DNA of 63,023 nucleotides, filler included, from Atractiella rhizophila (taxonomy: Eukaryota): NCBI GenBank assembly GCA_021432655.1. It is 8 parts of 4 records of this genome, joined end to end, with 100 filler letters (N's around TTAATTAATTAA, not from the genome) between each part and the next. Parts side by side here need not be neighbours in the genome. Positions count along the whole stretch, not along the records: positions 9,618 to 31,472 come from MU271277.1; 7 more parts are not named here. One strand, written 5' to 3'. The notes beneath the pieces were generated by a model, which saw nothing but the letters and a program-made list of their open reading frames with translations, was not told where the DNA came from and searched no databases. Positions within the stretch are counted from its first letter, which is position 1; each line of letters begins with the position of its first letter. The position numbers and the translations under genes are program-made. Below, in pieces: positions 12,828-24,919 of this stretch.

Positions 12828-13955
12828 ATGAACAAATGTGAGAAACAGCTACAGGGAGGGCCAAGACAGCAAATATATGCTCGTGGGATCTTGCTGGGAG
12901 GCAGGCGTTCAGGAGGGGAGAGCCGACGAGTTGCCGTCAGAATTCCGGTAAAATCGTACGAGTTTGGAGGGGGGGGACACACCGGCTTCTCCTCTTCGAC
13001 TTGGACGGCCCTACCCAAGCCTAACGCGTTCAATATCGTCTATGCGGATGGAAGTAGCGTGCAGGGAACGAGTGGGAGGGACTCGGTCTCCCTCCCTCCT
13101 AGTGCTGGTTTGTTGGGTACATCCATTGGAGGAACGAGGGGAGTGGGAACGACAATGATCGTGAACGTCGCTCAACAAGTGACGGGGAATTGGGCTCGAA
13201 ACTCATACGACGGACTGATGGGTCTCGGACCGGACGCGTTGGCTCTCGTGCCTGGCACAACGACCTTTTTCTCTTCCCTCGTTGGGAGCGGGCAGATCGA
13301 TGGCTTGCTTGGTATCAGGCTTGTGGGTGCGAAGTCAGGAAGTGCGCTAAGGGGTGGAGGAGCGTATACGTTTGGAGGGGTGGAGAAGGAGTGGATCAGG
13401 GGAACGATGGTGTATGCGCCAGTCACGAGTTCGTTCTACTGGTTCGTCTCCTTTCCCTTATCCCCATCCTCCAGCGACTCACGCTGAACACTAACGGAAC
13501 GGTTGGTTTTGGGCAGGGGTATCGAGCTCACAGGCATCTTCGTGCGCAACGTAAACCAATTCTCACCTTCGACCCCACCTCGCGGTCTGATAGACACCGG
13601 CACCTCACTCATCTACACCTCGACCTCCATCGCGGCCTCCATCCACAACTCCATCACCGGCTCCGCCTTCCTCGCCTCCAACAAACTTTGGACCGTCCCC
13701 TGCACCATCCCTCCCACGACACCAAATGTCTTCTTCGAGATGGGAAAGTCCAGGTTCGGGCTCCCAGCGCAGGAGTTGGCGTTTAAGGACCTCGGCGGTG
13801 GGAGATGTTTGAGCGCTATCCAAGGTGGAAGTGAAGGATTCACGGTCTTGGGTGCGGCTTGGATCAAGAATGTTTATGTCGTTTTGAGGGATGAGGGAGG
13901 GGGGAAGAAGAGCGTAGGTGTTGCGAATAGGACGGATGTTCCTGTCCTTTTTTGA
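12828..13955 (+). pseudogene. 5'-truncated aspartic protease copy fused in frame to unrelated upstream sequence
   Basis: Protease-like residues begin at the duplication junction (HTGFSSSTW...FNIVYADGSSVQG...DGLMGLG). No signal peptide and no first DTG motif; only the second DTGTS is present. Confidence 0.7.
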
Positions 13956-16709
13956 GCCGTAGAAGCTTTTTGGGTTTTTGTTCTTCCTTTTGACGGTGGA
14001 GGTGTGCGTAATTATTCTTCAATTCTTCATCGTGACATCGACATTGTGCGGGTAGAGATAAATACTTGGGGCATCATCGAATTGCACACCTAACTCCATC
14101 ATGCGTATGCACAATCGAACAAAAACTTGAAATTGAACCGACTTATCCAATGAAAGGAACTGAAAAGCTTGACAGGAGCACTACCAACACAGGGTGTAAA
14201 CGAGACAAACATTTCTGAAACATCAAAGCTAAGAACCACTCATCAAAGCTCCAAGCACACACTGAACAAGGGCTAAGGGCTAAGACGCCAGCACTGGCTG
14301 CCTCGCTGCTGACGGTGGTACCCCTGGCGCACCTGTCGTCGTCCCTGTCGTAGGAGGTGCAGTTGCAGAAGCAGAGGGCGGGGGAGTCCAATCATCGACC
14401 TCTGCGAAGAAGCGGTCAAAAGAGGATTCGGCATATGCGACGCAATCGTGTCCGTATATGTTTTCTTGCATCCGTCTATATCATGCACAATCGCATCAGA
14501 GGGTCGTCCCTTTGCTGCCTACACATTGATTGGAGAAGGAAAAACCCACTGATCCGATACTTTGTCTGTGTTCACATCCCCACCAACGTTCACCCGCCGA
14601 CCTCGATCGTCCCGCTGCCCTCCTAGACTGGTATCCATTACCAAATGAACCTCTTTGCCAGAGTTCACCGCTTTCGCAAGCATCTCTTCGGCTCGCGTCT
14701 TTCGAACCCTCTATCGGCACATCCGAAATGATCAATTGAGATAGGTTGAGGAAGCAGAATGGGAAGACGAACCTCGTAGACCTTCAAACACTTGTGAATA
14801 TCTTTCTTATCCTTTACCCGTGCAAGACAGGCAGCGATAACAGCTCCGTCCTCGATCGCTTGCGCTGCTCCCTATCCGCCATGGGCAGGACATCATTTCA
14901 TAGGAAGAACAAACAAACGTCAAGACGCACCTGAGCTAAATGAGGTAGTGTAGCGTGACAGGCGTCCCCCGCCAACGCGACGTTCCCGTGCACCCAACTC
15001 CTGAGGTTTCCATGCATGACAAGTTTCCACTCGCAAATCTTGTCGTCTGGTGCAAGGTCCAAGAGTTTATGGATCAACTCGCAATAATCAGCGAAGACTT
15101 TCTTCATTCCCGCTTTCGTGCCTGTCGAAGTCCAATTGTCTGATTGTGCAAAATTGATGTCGGGATGGGCGGTGGAGATGTTGAACAGAGTGTTGCGATG
15201 TATCGGGTAACCCTGTTGCAAATTTTCGGGGACAGAAGAAGAGTCAGTTTGGTCCCGAGGAGAAGCAGAACAGAGGGACGAACGAGGATGTACCGCCGGG
15301 TCCCGATCCAGCGATAGACCGTATTGGAGTCGATGAGCTTTCGCAGCTCCGGGTCGGCAAGCATCTTCTCTCTCGGGATCGTTATTCGATAGGCAGCTGT
15401 GCCTGTGTCAATTGCTGCTGTTATTTCAGTTAGCTTTCTGGACGGAAATCCTCAAATCTCGAGAACGGACTCTTGTCCTCTTCCCCTAATGATCTCAGCA
15501 TCAAATATCTCGCTTTGCTCTTAATGCCATCAGCGGCAATGATAACGTCCCCGTCAATCGTCATCTTGTTTCCTTCTCGATTGAAAGCAAAAATTGAGAC
15601 TTTGTCAAAGTCCACATCCCCGACTCGATGATTCAAGATGAACCTGACGGAGCCGGCATATTCCGTTATGAGAGGCCGGTAGAGCGCGTCTATGAGAGAT
15701 GCTCGATGTGCAACCTGGATTCGTTTAGCCCAAGTAAACAATCCATAGAAAGATGTAATTCAAGAACGGACCATATGCGGATATCCGTACTTCGCTCGAA
15801 TGTTGGGTAAATTTAAATCTGCCAAACTCTCTCCGGTTGTTCCGCCTATCCACAAAGATCTCCGTCAGTAAATAGATATACGTCACACAAAGGCACATAC
15901 GTCGGATGCTAGTCGCCTTCATCTCCACCGCGTCCTCCAAAACGCTATCCCACACTTTCATCCTATCCAATAGCCTTGCCATATTGGGAGCTACCTGAAT
16001 TCCAACGCCGACAAAAGTCAAATCTCTCGCCTGTTCAATTACTGTTATGTCCTTGAATCCTCTCCGCGCAAGCGCCAGAGCAGTTGAGAGCCCGGCAATT
16101 CCAGAACCTAGAATGATTATACGCAGGTTTTGCGCTACGGGAGAGATGGGAACGGAATCCATGTCGGCGACTTCAGGAAGTGATATGTAAGGAGCAGAGG
16201 AGGTTGAAGGGGTGAAGAAGAGAGGTTGTGGATTGTGGAACTAGATTGTTATCAGATTAACTATATCTTGAGCCAACAAACCCACAGTTTGGACAAGATA
16301 TCGCCTGCCACTAAGCTGAAATTGCGAATTTGTGAGTTCCCTCACAGAAGGTAAGCAAAAAACGAACGTTAAGAGTGATGGTTGATGCGTCGCTCTGCTC
16401 CTGGATTTTCTTTATTTCTCGCTTGATCTCCTCTTCTAAGATACCTCCACCAGAGTCTCTCAGAAAAACCTTTCTGTATCTTTCGCTTTGGTCTTCTGGC
16501 TCGAAGCTTTTCTCTCGCTTTCCTGTCTTCATTCTCAGAGTCAGCATCGCCATCGCACAATGAACAAATGTGAGAAACAGCTACAGGGAGGGCCAAGACA
16601 GCAAATATATGCTCGTGGGATCTTGCTGGGAGGCAGGCGTTCAGGAGGGGAGAGCCGACGAGTTGCCGTCAGAATTCCGGTAAAATCGTACGAGTTTGGA
16701 GGGGGGGGA
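12978..16709. repeat. ~3.73 kb tandem duplication, unit 2
   Basis: Starts immediately after the G8-A run at 12969-12977 and ends at the identical G8-A run at 16701-16709. Confidence 0.95.
14280..16162 (-). CDS. FAD-dependent monooxygenase, copy 2
   Basis: Near-identical to 10549-12427 with the same motifs and no disabling change seen. Confidence 0.9.
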
Positions 16710-17176
16710 GGACGCTCGGTGGCTGATTGAGCGAGGAGGATCAGCTACTCCATACAAGCGAGCGATTTTATCATCAATTAGCAGAGAAAAAGGGAGAGAG
16801 CCAGAGGGCCGCACCTTGTTATACCACTTAGCGTTGGTCCAGCGGCGAAGTTCCACTTAAAAAGCACCAGAAAAGGTGCACCGAAACCTAAGATGCTCAA
16901 AGAACCCTGAGTACAGCTTTCCTATCGCGGCGCGCCCGCTCCGTACGCTAGAAGAGGTGAGACGAAGTGAGAGTCTTGCTCGATCTCGCCAACTTGAACT
17001 CTGGAAGATGATGTGGCTGTATTTGTCCACGAGAAATGGCCTTCGGGTCCGAGAGCTGCACAACCGTGAACGAATAATTCCCTTGTAATGAAATCGAACA
17101 TCTCGTCTCTCTTCATCAATGGTGTCTCGTGTTGGTAGCCAATGGGACCGCAAGTGTTGTTGAAACTGAGGTTCAT
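16311..17176 (-). CDS. Possible hypothetical multi-exon protein (its 3' end is also duplicated at 12576-12977)
   Basis: Chain of short same-strand ORFs (16922-17176, 16641-16856, 16311-16553) with protein-like composition; no recognisable motif. Confidence 0.25.
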
Positions 17177-17563
17177 CAGAGTGACAGAACGAAGAAAAGA
17201 TGAACCTCAGATAGCTGAAAAACAGACTAAACTACGGGAGCGGGCGGAACTGACACCAGATGCGATAGCCAGCTCAAAAGGGCAGAAAGAAAGTAAAAGT
17301 CAAAAACGTAATAACTTCAACAAGTGTGTACAAAGCTGTCTAATACTTCCCGCTCGTTCTGCGTGCCAGTAAATTCCTGACAACTCTCAATATGTTCCTG
17401 GGGCTTGGACTAGAGTGAACGAAAGTGAATTTCAAAGCGCAATAGAATGAGCGAGTTCCACCAGCTCTAGCATCTCCTCGCTGAGGAATAAGAATCAATC
17501 TCTACAGTCTCAACATTCTGCCATTTCAAGAAGTTCCCAAGACTTTCCAACTAAGATGCTTGC

Positions 17564-18685
17564 TTAATGCACGACTCCAAGTCTTCTCTTATCCGTGACC
17601 TTCTTGTGGCTCTTCTTGCTCCCGTGCGTCTTCTTGCTTGACTTAGCAGTAGTCGACTTAGTCGTCGTGTTCACTGCAGCAGACCTAGCAGTCGAGCACG
17701 GAGCGACCTTCTTCCATGGCAGAGAGACACCTTCGACGGGCGACTCTCCTTGAGTCCACCATTGGGCAACCCAGAGGTATCCTGTTCCCAGACAAATTAC
17801 ATCAACGACGGGAGCGGGAATGGGGCCAGAGCAAGGAATGACCTTGGAATGTAGCCTGATCGCCACCCCAGTAGATGCTGCACATGAGGTATCGTTAGGA
17901 GGAATAAGGCCAAAAAGAGGAAAACGGACGCGTTTACGTCCCAGGCTGCCACATTAGCGCAGTTTCCACTTGCAGGAGGATCGGGGTTGGTAGGAGGAGT
18001 GGTGGTCCCGTCCGTGAACTGCCACTGAAGAAATCAAGTTGGTGAGTTGAAAAGTGGTGCGCTAGGGCGAGACAGACGCTTATGGGGAAACGGCCAGTGT
18101 CAGCACCTGTTAAACACAGCCGTCATGATGAGCTTTATTGAGACTTGTGAGACCAACCGTTGTACAGAACAGCAAAGGGACCCCTTGCAAAGTCAAGATC
18201 GTTGTCCGTGCATCCAACACACCTTCATGAAGACAGAACTGTCTGTCAGGGCACGAAATTGACATGAGGAAGGTAACAATGTGCGGACCTGTCGACAACT
18301 GTGACGGTGACAGAAACACCATTGGCAGGATTCGTCGCCAGGATAGAGCGACCGCAGATAGTGGCAAGATTCGGGTTGGAGGACCCAGCTGGGATTGTGG
18401 AGTCGTACAACGCGTGTCCAACTGCTACAACGTTGTCGCTAGCCACCTATTTCGAATGCGATGGTTAACGTGGGGTTCTAGCGTGATACAACACTTGAAG
18501 GAAGATTTAAGGACGCACATTGTTGATTCCACAAGCCCCAAGGCCAACATCATAGCTGGGGTTCACTTCACTTAGCCAAAGAAAGCGGAAAACTGGTCAG
18601 AGACTCACACAGTCCCGTCACCCGTTGTAGCGAAGACTGTAGAAATGAAAGCAGCGAGGGTTGCAAAAGAGATAGCGGTTTTCAT
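17564..18685 (-). CDS. Secreted RlpA-like double-psi beta-barrel (loosenin/expansin-like) protein with C-terminal CBM5/12-like module and basic tail
   Basis: Signal peptide MKTAISFATLAAFISTVFA; spliced GDGTVYDVGLGACG...VVAV...ICGRSI...VTVTVVDR/CVGCTDNDLDF; Pro/Thr linker; CANVAAW...GYLWVAQWWTQGESP...PWKKVAPC; Lys-rich end. Confidence 0.8.
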
Positions 18686-20069
18686 TTTCAGTTTTCAAAG
18701 AAGGACAGAAAGAAAGTGATAGTGATGATACGACAATATGCTGGCTTTTCAGCACAACAACAGCTTCGACAAGTCCAGAACAAGGTAAAGCAACACTTGT
18801 CAATCAAACAAGCTGAGCCAACTTATATACGCACATATTTCGGGCAACCCAGTGGTAACCAGCGCGGAAAAGATGGAACACTTGTCCACGCCTCACTGCC
18901 CAAACCGAATCCTCTTTAAACGCGCTCATTCAGTGCAGTGTCGTTCCCTTGTGCAACGGGTGTGTAACCGTCCTCAGGAAACCGCCGGCCGCTTCAAACC
19001 ATGTGGCAGAGCATCTGTACAAAGCGTTGTTCCCGAGGGGTGTAAAAGAAACAACGAAAGCGAAAGTTCCTGATGAAGTATACGAATTGGACTCATATGG
19101 ATATTAAATTCATTTCGCCAGCAGGGTTCCTTGCTTTCGAGTAGACGTGTGAAATTACCGTTCAGGGCAGCCACAAACCGCTTTCCCCGGTATCATCCTC
19201 GTTTTATCATCCTCCTTGACCTTTACTCCCCTCTGTCTTTGCCCTCCACCAGTGTTAATGCAATTCATCAAACTGCCGTCCGCATTCTCGTATGTTCATC
19301 AGTTTGTCGGCTCCGAGGCTCCGTTGAACACTTATGAAATGCACAAAAAGTGCAATGTCAGAAGGGAAAGACGGACTAGATGAATTTCATGCTCGATCAT
19401 AGGTTTTACAAAAAGTAAGGCGGAGGGTAGAAAGCTCTTTGTGGTTTATATGGAGAGATGAGGGTAAAAGTCAAGGTGAGCAGCTGTTAGCGTTGAAGAG
19501 TTGGGAGGCGAGAGGGATTCGTGGGTTCGTTTGCCAGCGTACCAACTGTTTAGAGAGGTATAGAACGCAATTGTACAAATTGGCTAGGTATCATCTCATA
19601 TCGTAACTAATCAAGCCAATGATTGAAAAGGGGAGACTTTAAACCTAAAGCACAGACAGACCATCAAAAATTCCTTCGAAACAAAACATAACTGGGAGAG
19701 AATTGATATCATTCGGGTCGTCAATAATCATGAGTGAAACGGCGTATGAATCCATGCATATAGAAGAAACCATTGGCACTGAACACTCCATTGACCCGGA
19801 GTGGAAGTTCTGGATCTATGGAGTACAGTCTGCGCGTGCATATTGTTTGTTGTGGCGAGCTAACTGCGAGACTGAGGGCGAAAACAAAAGCTGCGAAAGC
19901 ACAATACGGAGAAGAGCACGTTGGATGGAAGCGATGTCGACGGAAATGACGTTTTCCCTCAAGTTTCTGTCAGAGAGAATTCAAGTGAAGTTCAATGGCT
20001 GATATCTCTGTGTGCCCCTTACCACGTTGTTGTTACAGCTGGTGCTTGTACAGTGTGAGATCTAGAGAC

Positions 20070-20984
20070 TTACTGACTTTGGGAGAATTGCTGAGTTCGC
20101 GAGGCTAGCTGCGTTCGAGAAGCTGGCTGGTTTCGCGAGGCTTGCTGCATTCGAGAAGCTGGCTGAGATCGAGGGGGTTGCTGAGTTCCAGAGGCTTGCT
20201 GAATTTGAGAGACTTGCTGAGTTGGAGGGTCTTCCTGAGGGTCATAATCGAGAAGTTCTAAGATCTGCATGACTCTCTCGATCTCGTCCATAGGATTCCA
20301 TGCACGAGAAACACACTGTCTCTTTTAGCATTGTTATTTGGGCCGGGAGGAAACTCACATCGATGTACACGGCCCCAATAATAGCCTTAACCAGCTCTGC
20401 ACAGGGTCCTTCCTTAAGCTCGTCCACACGGTGGTATGCGAGGTCTTGAAGCCCATACTTCTTGCATGCCTCCTCCAGGGGAGCTCCCGCAAGGCGACGC
20501 TGGATGGTGTCGGAGTGTAATTCTGAACATCAGTCCCGTCAAAAAATATCAACGGGATAGAAGTACACACTTCCATTGTCTCCCCGACCGACACGGTGGA
20601 TGACCTGCAAAAAATGAGCGTTAAAGGCACGGGAATCGAGCCGTACAACAGCCTGAACTGTCTTCATCGCCACGTCACCCAAGCTGTGGACGATTGAGTT
20701 CAGTTCACGGATGGCATCACGATACATGCGGACACTGTACCGTGCTAGCCCTGCATTTGCGCCTTGAGGCCCGCCACTGTAGCTCGAGTGTGTGATTGCC
20801 GTTAACCACAAGTCGTCGTTCTGTCGGTCCACGGGGTAGCCGATAAGTTGGTTCAGTCGGCGGAAGCGCTCTTCCATGCTTGTAGTTCCATATCCTATAG
20901 AGACCTGTCACTTTTCCTGGATGGAGAAGTGACTTGAGCAGCCTCACCAGACTGATCACGCCACTCGTTGTTGTGTAAAGACAT
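20070..20984 (-). CDS. Stand-alone RNase III-domain protein, copy 1 (~223 aa, predicted catalytically inactive, xQQASR-repeat tail)
   Basis: Six phase-consistent exons: 20984-20948, 20894-20741, 20683-20647, 20604-20571, 20522-20359, 20315-20070. Motifs AITHSS, NAGLARLGD and AELVKAIIGAVYID. Confidence 0.85.
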
Positions 20985-21289
20985 GAAAACGGATTATAGA
21001 TCAAAGCTCAGGGCGGTATCGCAGCCCGTTTTCGTCTTCTCAAGGAAATCTCGGCCATCGACAGAGGCTACGATCGTCCCTTTTAAAGCTTCTGTGACTA
21101 GACGGCACTCTAGCGAGGAGCAGGGCGGAAACTGTGCAGTCATGCAGCAGAGTGGGTCCTAGAGACATGACAATGTTTGCTTTCCCATTGATCATGTAAA
21201 CCACGGATCGACGGCTATATGACCGTCGAAGGCAGTCGGTTGAATTGCTTTCTAGCATTCGTCACCGGGAGCGTGTTTTACTGAGATTA

Positions 21290-22740
21290 ATGAGGCTCTG
21301 TTTTTTCGATCAATGTTTGTCCAGATCCTTGAGATACAGTAATATTTGCTCGCCTCCTCAAGTGTATCCGCCTAATGTTGTTGTAACCTTTGGCACCAAG
21401 TAGAAACTCAGATGGGCAATGCTGCTCTCCTTGTGTCTGTTGCGTGCAGCTCGATGGTTGCCAGTTCAGAACCAGATTTATAAGCCTGCGTGCTCTAATT
21501 CCAGTCCAAACGCTGACAGGATGACAGGGTGACAGGTTGTCAAAAATTGTCAAACTCGACCAATTAGGCTGCAATTACAATTCAGCCCGGCCTGGTTCCT
21601 GGCTCCACAGAAGGAAACAAAATGTGGATATCATGAGCTCATGGAGTTTCGTGGTAATGTAGGGCGCTCAGCGACTTCCACTCAAGTGCTGAACAGCGAA
21701 TGACAGGCTGTTCTCAAGAGTGTCTACTCACCGCAAGCAACAACCAACCAACAGGTGAATAAAGAGTGTCCGTCGCTATTAATGCAAGCGACGTCAGTCC
21801 TTTCTCATTTTTCTGAGTTTTGGAAAGATTCGGCGATTTGGTTACAATGATACTGGCGTTGTTTATTCCTCGCTTGCTCAATTCACGGTACGATAGAATC
21901 GATGTTTAACTCGAGCATTATATGGACGGTATGTCCTCCGAAACTGGGCGCTGGTGCGCTCGCCGAAGCGAAATAGTTGGGCGAGAGCACAGAGAAGTCA
22001 CACTAGGCTTGTGTGGATATGGGTACTGAATTCAAGCAAACAAACAACGACGTTAATACAATCTACATTATTTCAGTCAGATCATTTCTCTACTACGGAC
22101 TTTGGGTTAGAAAAGTGTCCATTACATTGTACGGGATCAATGAAGTTAGGTTGGATTGAGAGAATGCGCCAGCGTCGTTCACGTCTCTTACTCTTCATGC
22201 CTTCGCTAGGCTACGGATGGCGGCTTGGGTTGTCCAGCCATCTTACGCGCATTATCGGAACAGTAATGTATCCCAAATGTATCAGGAATTAGCCTGTTTT
22301 CATTGTCAACCATTCCAGGTATTTGACAATCATACCTCTTTCCTTCGATTTACGCGCAGCCATATTTTCATCGGACTTGTCCAGAGTCGTAGGGCCTACT
22401 CAGCGGGTTAGTAGCTTGAGCGTTATAATAAAGACCGGCAGTGCGCACGACATAAATGTCTGGCATAGCTTTCGCGGGAATTTTACGAAATCAGTAAAAC
22501 CCGGGATCAGAAAAATAAATCAGTAAAACGCGGGATCAGAAAAATATTGACTGTCTTCCTCCTCATTCATGGAGCAAAGATGCTGCCTGAGAAACGAAAC
22601 AAAGAACGCCTTGTGCATAAACTGACTGGGGATAGATGAGGCGATATGCTTGCCTTGTTCTTAAGAGCAGGCATCCTCGTCAATCCACAACTGAGACAGG
22701 CAGAACACATTTCCATTGAATTAATCACTCCTTCGCCATA
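21290..22740 (-). pseudogene. Decayed companion gene, unit 1 (F-box/LRR-like remnant)
   Basis: Fragments ALAQLFRFG, YNARVKH and PNRRIFPKLRK shared with units 2 and 3. In-frame stops and a 29-bp tandem duplication at 22488-22545. Confidence 0.4.
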
Positions 22741-23659
22741 GCTGGAATATGTATCCTATAGTCGACCTCCCTCCTAAGAACCTGAGCAAACAGGTAGCAG
22801 CGATAGCTGCAGAAGACCTCCACGCTTCGCCGCTTTCCAGCTAAGGTGCAACTCCTTAGGTCGTCCTCGCTGGAGAGGTGCACAATTAGCATTGGCATGA
22901 CGGACTCCGTGTTGGGAGTTGGGAGTTGTCCCGGTCGGCTCCGGAAGGGATGCGGTCGACGACACACGAACTTGACAGCAAAGGAAATAATGAACGAACC
23001 TTGTGTTTGATACTTAGGCCACAGGCTTCACAGGAAGTAGGGAGAGAGTTTCGGGGCTTATATGGGCGGGATAGGGATGCGACGGTAAAGAAAAGGTGCG
23101 GAGCTCTTCGCATTGAAGAGTCAGAGATGAGAGGGATTCATGGGTTTATTTGCCAGAGGAACTGTTGAGAGAGGTGGAGAGTTGTGATTTTACAGATCTG
23201 GCTAGGTATCATCGTCATATCGTAGCTAATCAAGCCAATGTTGAAACGGCGAAATTGTAAAGCGGACAGATCAAGTGCATCGAAAGTACAGAAAAGTGGA
23301 ACAGTTATCATTGAGGTCGTCAATAGTCAGGAGATGAAAGATGAGACGTATCTCAAACTAGTTCTCATGAAGGGCAAGAAGAAGGTGGCAGTGTATGTGG
23401 TAAAACGTAGTGCTGCTGAACGCAGACTATAGACGCGAAACGAAGGAAAGTCTTGGAAATACGGGGTATCGTGCATTAGATCATCGTAAAGGTCATTAGC
23501 TAACTGGGAGAAACTGATGAAAGAAAAAACGGCGTGGCTTAAAAATGAGAAGCAGAAAATGAATATGAGGCAATCAATTTGATGGAACCAGTGTCGGAAG
23601 TGACGTGTTTTTCCATGTTTTGTCAGACAAATTCAACCGAAAATCTACATGAATGGGTG

Positions 23660-24575
23660 TTATTTCTGTCTGGCCCTTGTCGTGTCGTCGTTCTCAGCTG
23701 GCGTACCCACCATGTTGGATGGAGAGGCTTGCTGAGTTTGAAAGAATTGCTGCGCTCGAGAGGCTCGCTGAGTTCGACAGGCTTGCTGAGTTCGTGGGGC
23801 TTGCTGATTTTGATCTTGCCGACGTTGAGGGTTATAATCAAGAATCTCCAATCTATGCATGACTCCCTCGATCCTGTCCATGGGATTGCATGCACGATAA
23901 ACACTCTGTCCCTCCACTTAGCATTGTTGTTCTGTCCAGGAAGAAACTCACATCGATGTACACAGCCCCAATGATAGCTTTGACCAGATCTGCGCAGAAT
24001 CCTTCTGCAGGTTGGGCAATGTTATGATATGCGAGATCTTGAAGTCCATAGTTCTTGCATATCTTCTCGAGAGGATGGCACGACAGGCAACGCTGAAGGG
24101 TTTGGGAAGTTAATTCTGAAATATTGGCCCATTACAACAAAAATCGACGGGATAGAAGCACACACGTCCGTCGTCTCCCAAACCGACACGGTGGATGACC
24201 TGCGAAAAAAATGAGAGTCCGGCGGTTGGGAAATCGAGACGTACCACCGTTTGAACTGTTTTCATCGCCACATCACCCAAACTGTGGACGATTTCAGTTC
24301 GCAGATGGCTTCTGCATGCGGACACTGACCGTGCAAGCCCTCCATTTGCGCCTTGACGGCCGCCAGAATAGCTCGAGTGTGTGATTGCCGTACGCCACAG
24401 GTCGTTGTATTGTCGGTCCATAGGGTAGCCGATCAGTCCATACAATCGCTCGAAGCGCTCTTCCACTGTACCTCCAGCAGCTCCATACCGTGGGAGACCT
24501 GTCACTTTTGCTGGCTGCAGAAGCAGTTTAAGCCTACTCACCAGACTGAGGGCGCCGTTCGTTGGAATAGTCCAT
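23660..24575 (-). CDS. Stand-alone RNase III-domain protein, copy 2 (~227 aa, predicted inactive, Q-rich repeat tail)
   Basis: Same five intron positions as copy 1. MDYSNERRPQS...AITHSSYSGGRQGANGGLARLGDVAMK...CADLVKAIIGAVYID...QQAPRTQQACRTQRASR. Confidence 0.85.
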
Positions 24576-24664
24576 AAGGCTGGATACGGATGAGAAGCTC
24601 AGTGCAGTATGGCAGTCACCTTTCTCGAGGCAGTCTGACCTCATAGGCTGAAGCTAATCATCCC

Positions 24665-24672
24665 TTTTTATA
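24665..24672 (-). promoter_or_regulatory. TATA box upstream of RNase III-like copy 2
   Basis: GAAGCTATAAAAA on the minus strand about 95 bp upstream of the ATG; positionally conserved in copies 1 and 3. Confidence 0.55.
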
Positions 24673-24919
24673 GCTTCTGCAACTTTTATAGCCAGATTGC
24701 GTACGAAGCAGAGGGTGCTGGGCGCAAAAAGAGTTGGTCCAAACCACTTGCCCATGTTTGCTTGTCCCTGGCTTGTTGTCCATTGATCAGTTGTGAACCA
24801 GGGATCGACAGTTCATGACCGTCGAAGAAGGAGGTCGGTTGAATGATTCGGTCACCGCAGAAGTGTTTTGCTCAAATTCATGACAGTGTTTTGACAGTTG
24901 TTTTTCCACGATCCAAAGC

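Larger units (their letters stand above)
9618..12977. repeat. ~3.73 kb tandem duplication, unit 1 (left end in gap)
   Basis: Sequence repeats at an offset of about 3730 (9618 matches 13348; 12977 matches 16709). Confidence 0.95.

Noticed and set aside
9618..18685. Monooxygenase, protease and secreted protein as a secondary-metabolite cluster
   Set aside because: No PKS, NRPS or terpene backbone gene and no cluster transporter or regulator; the repetition is explained by tandem duplication.
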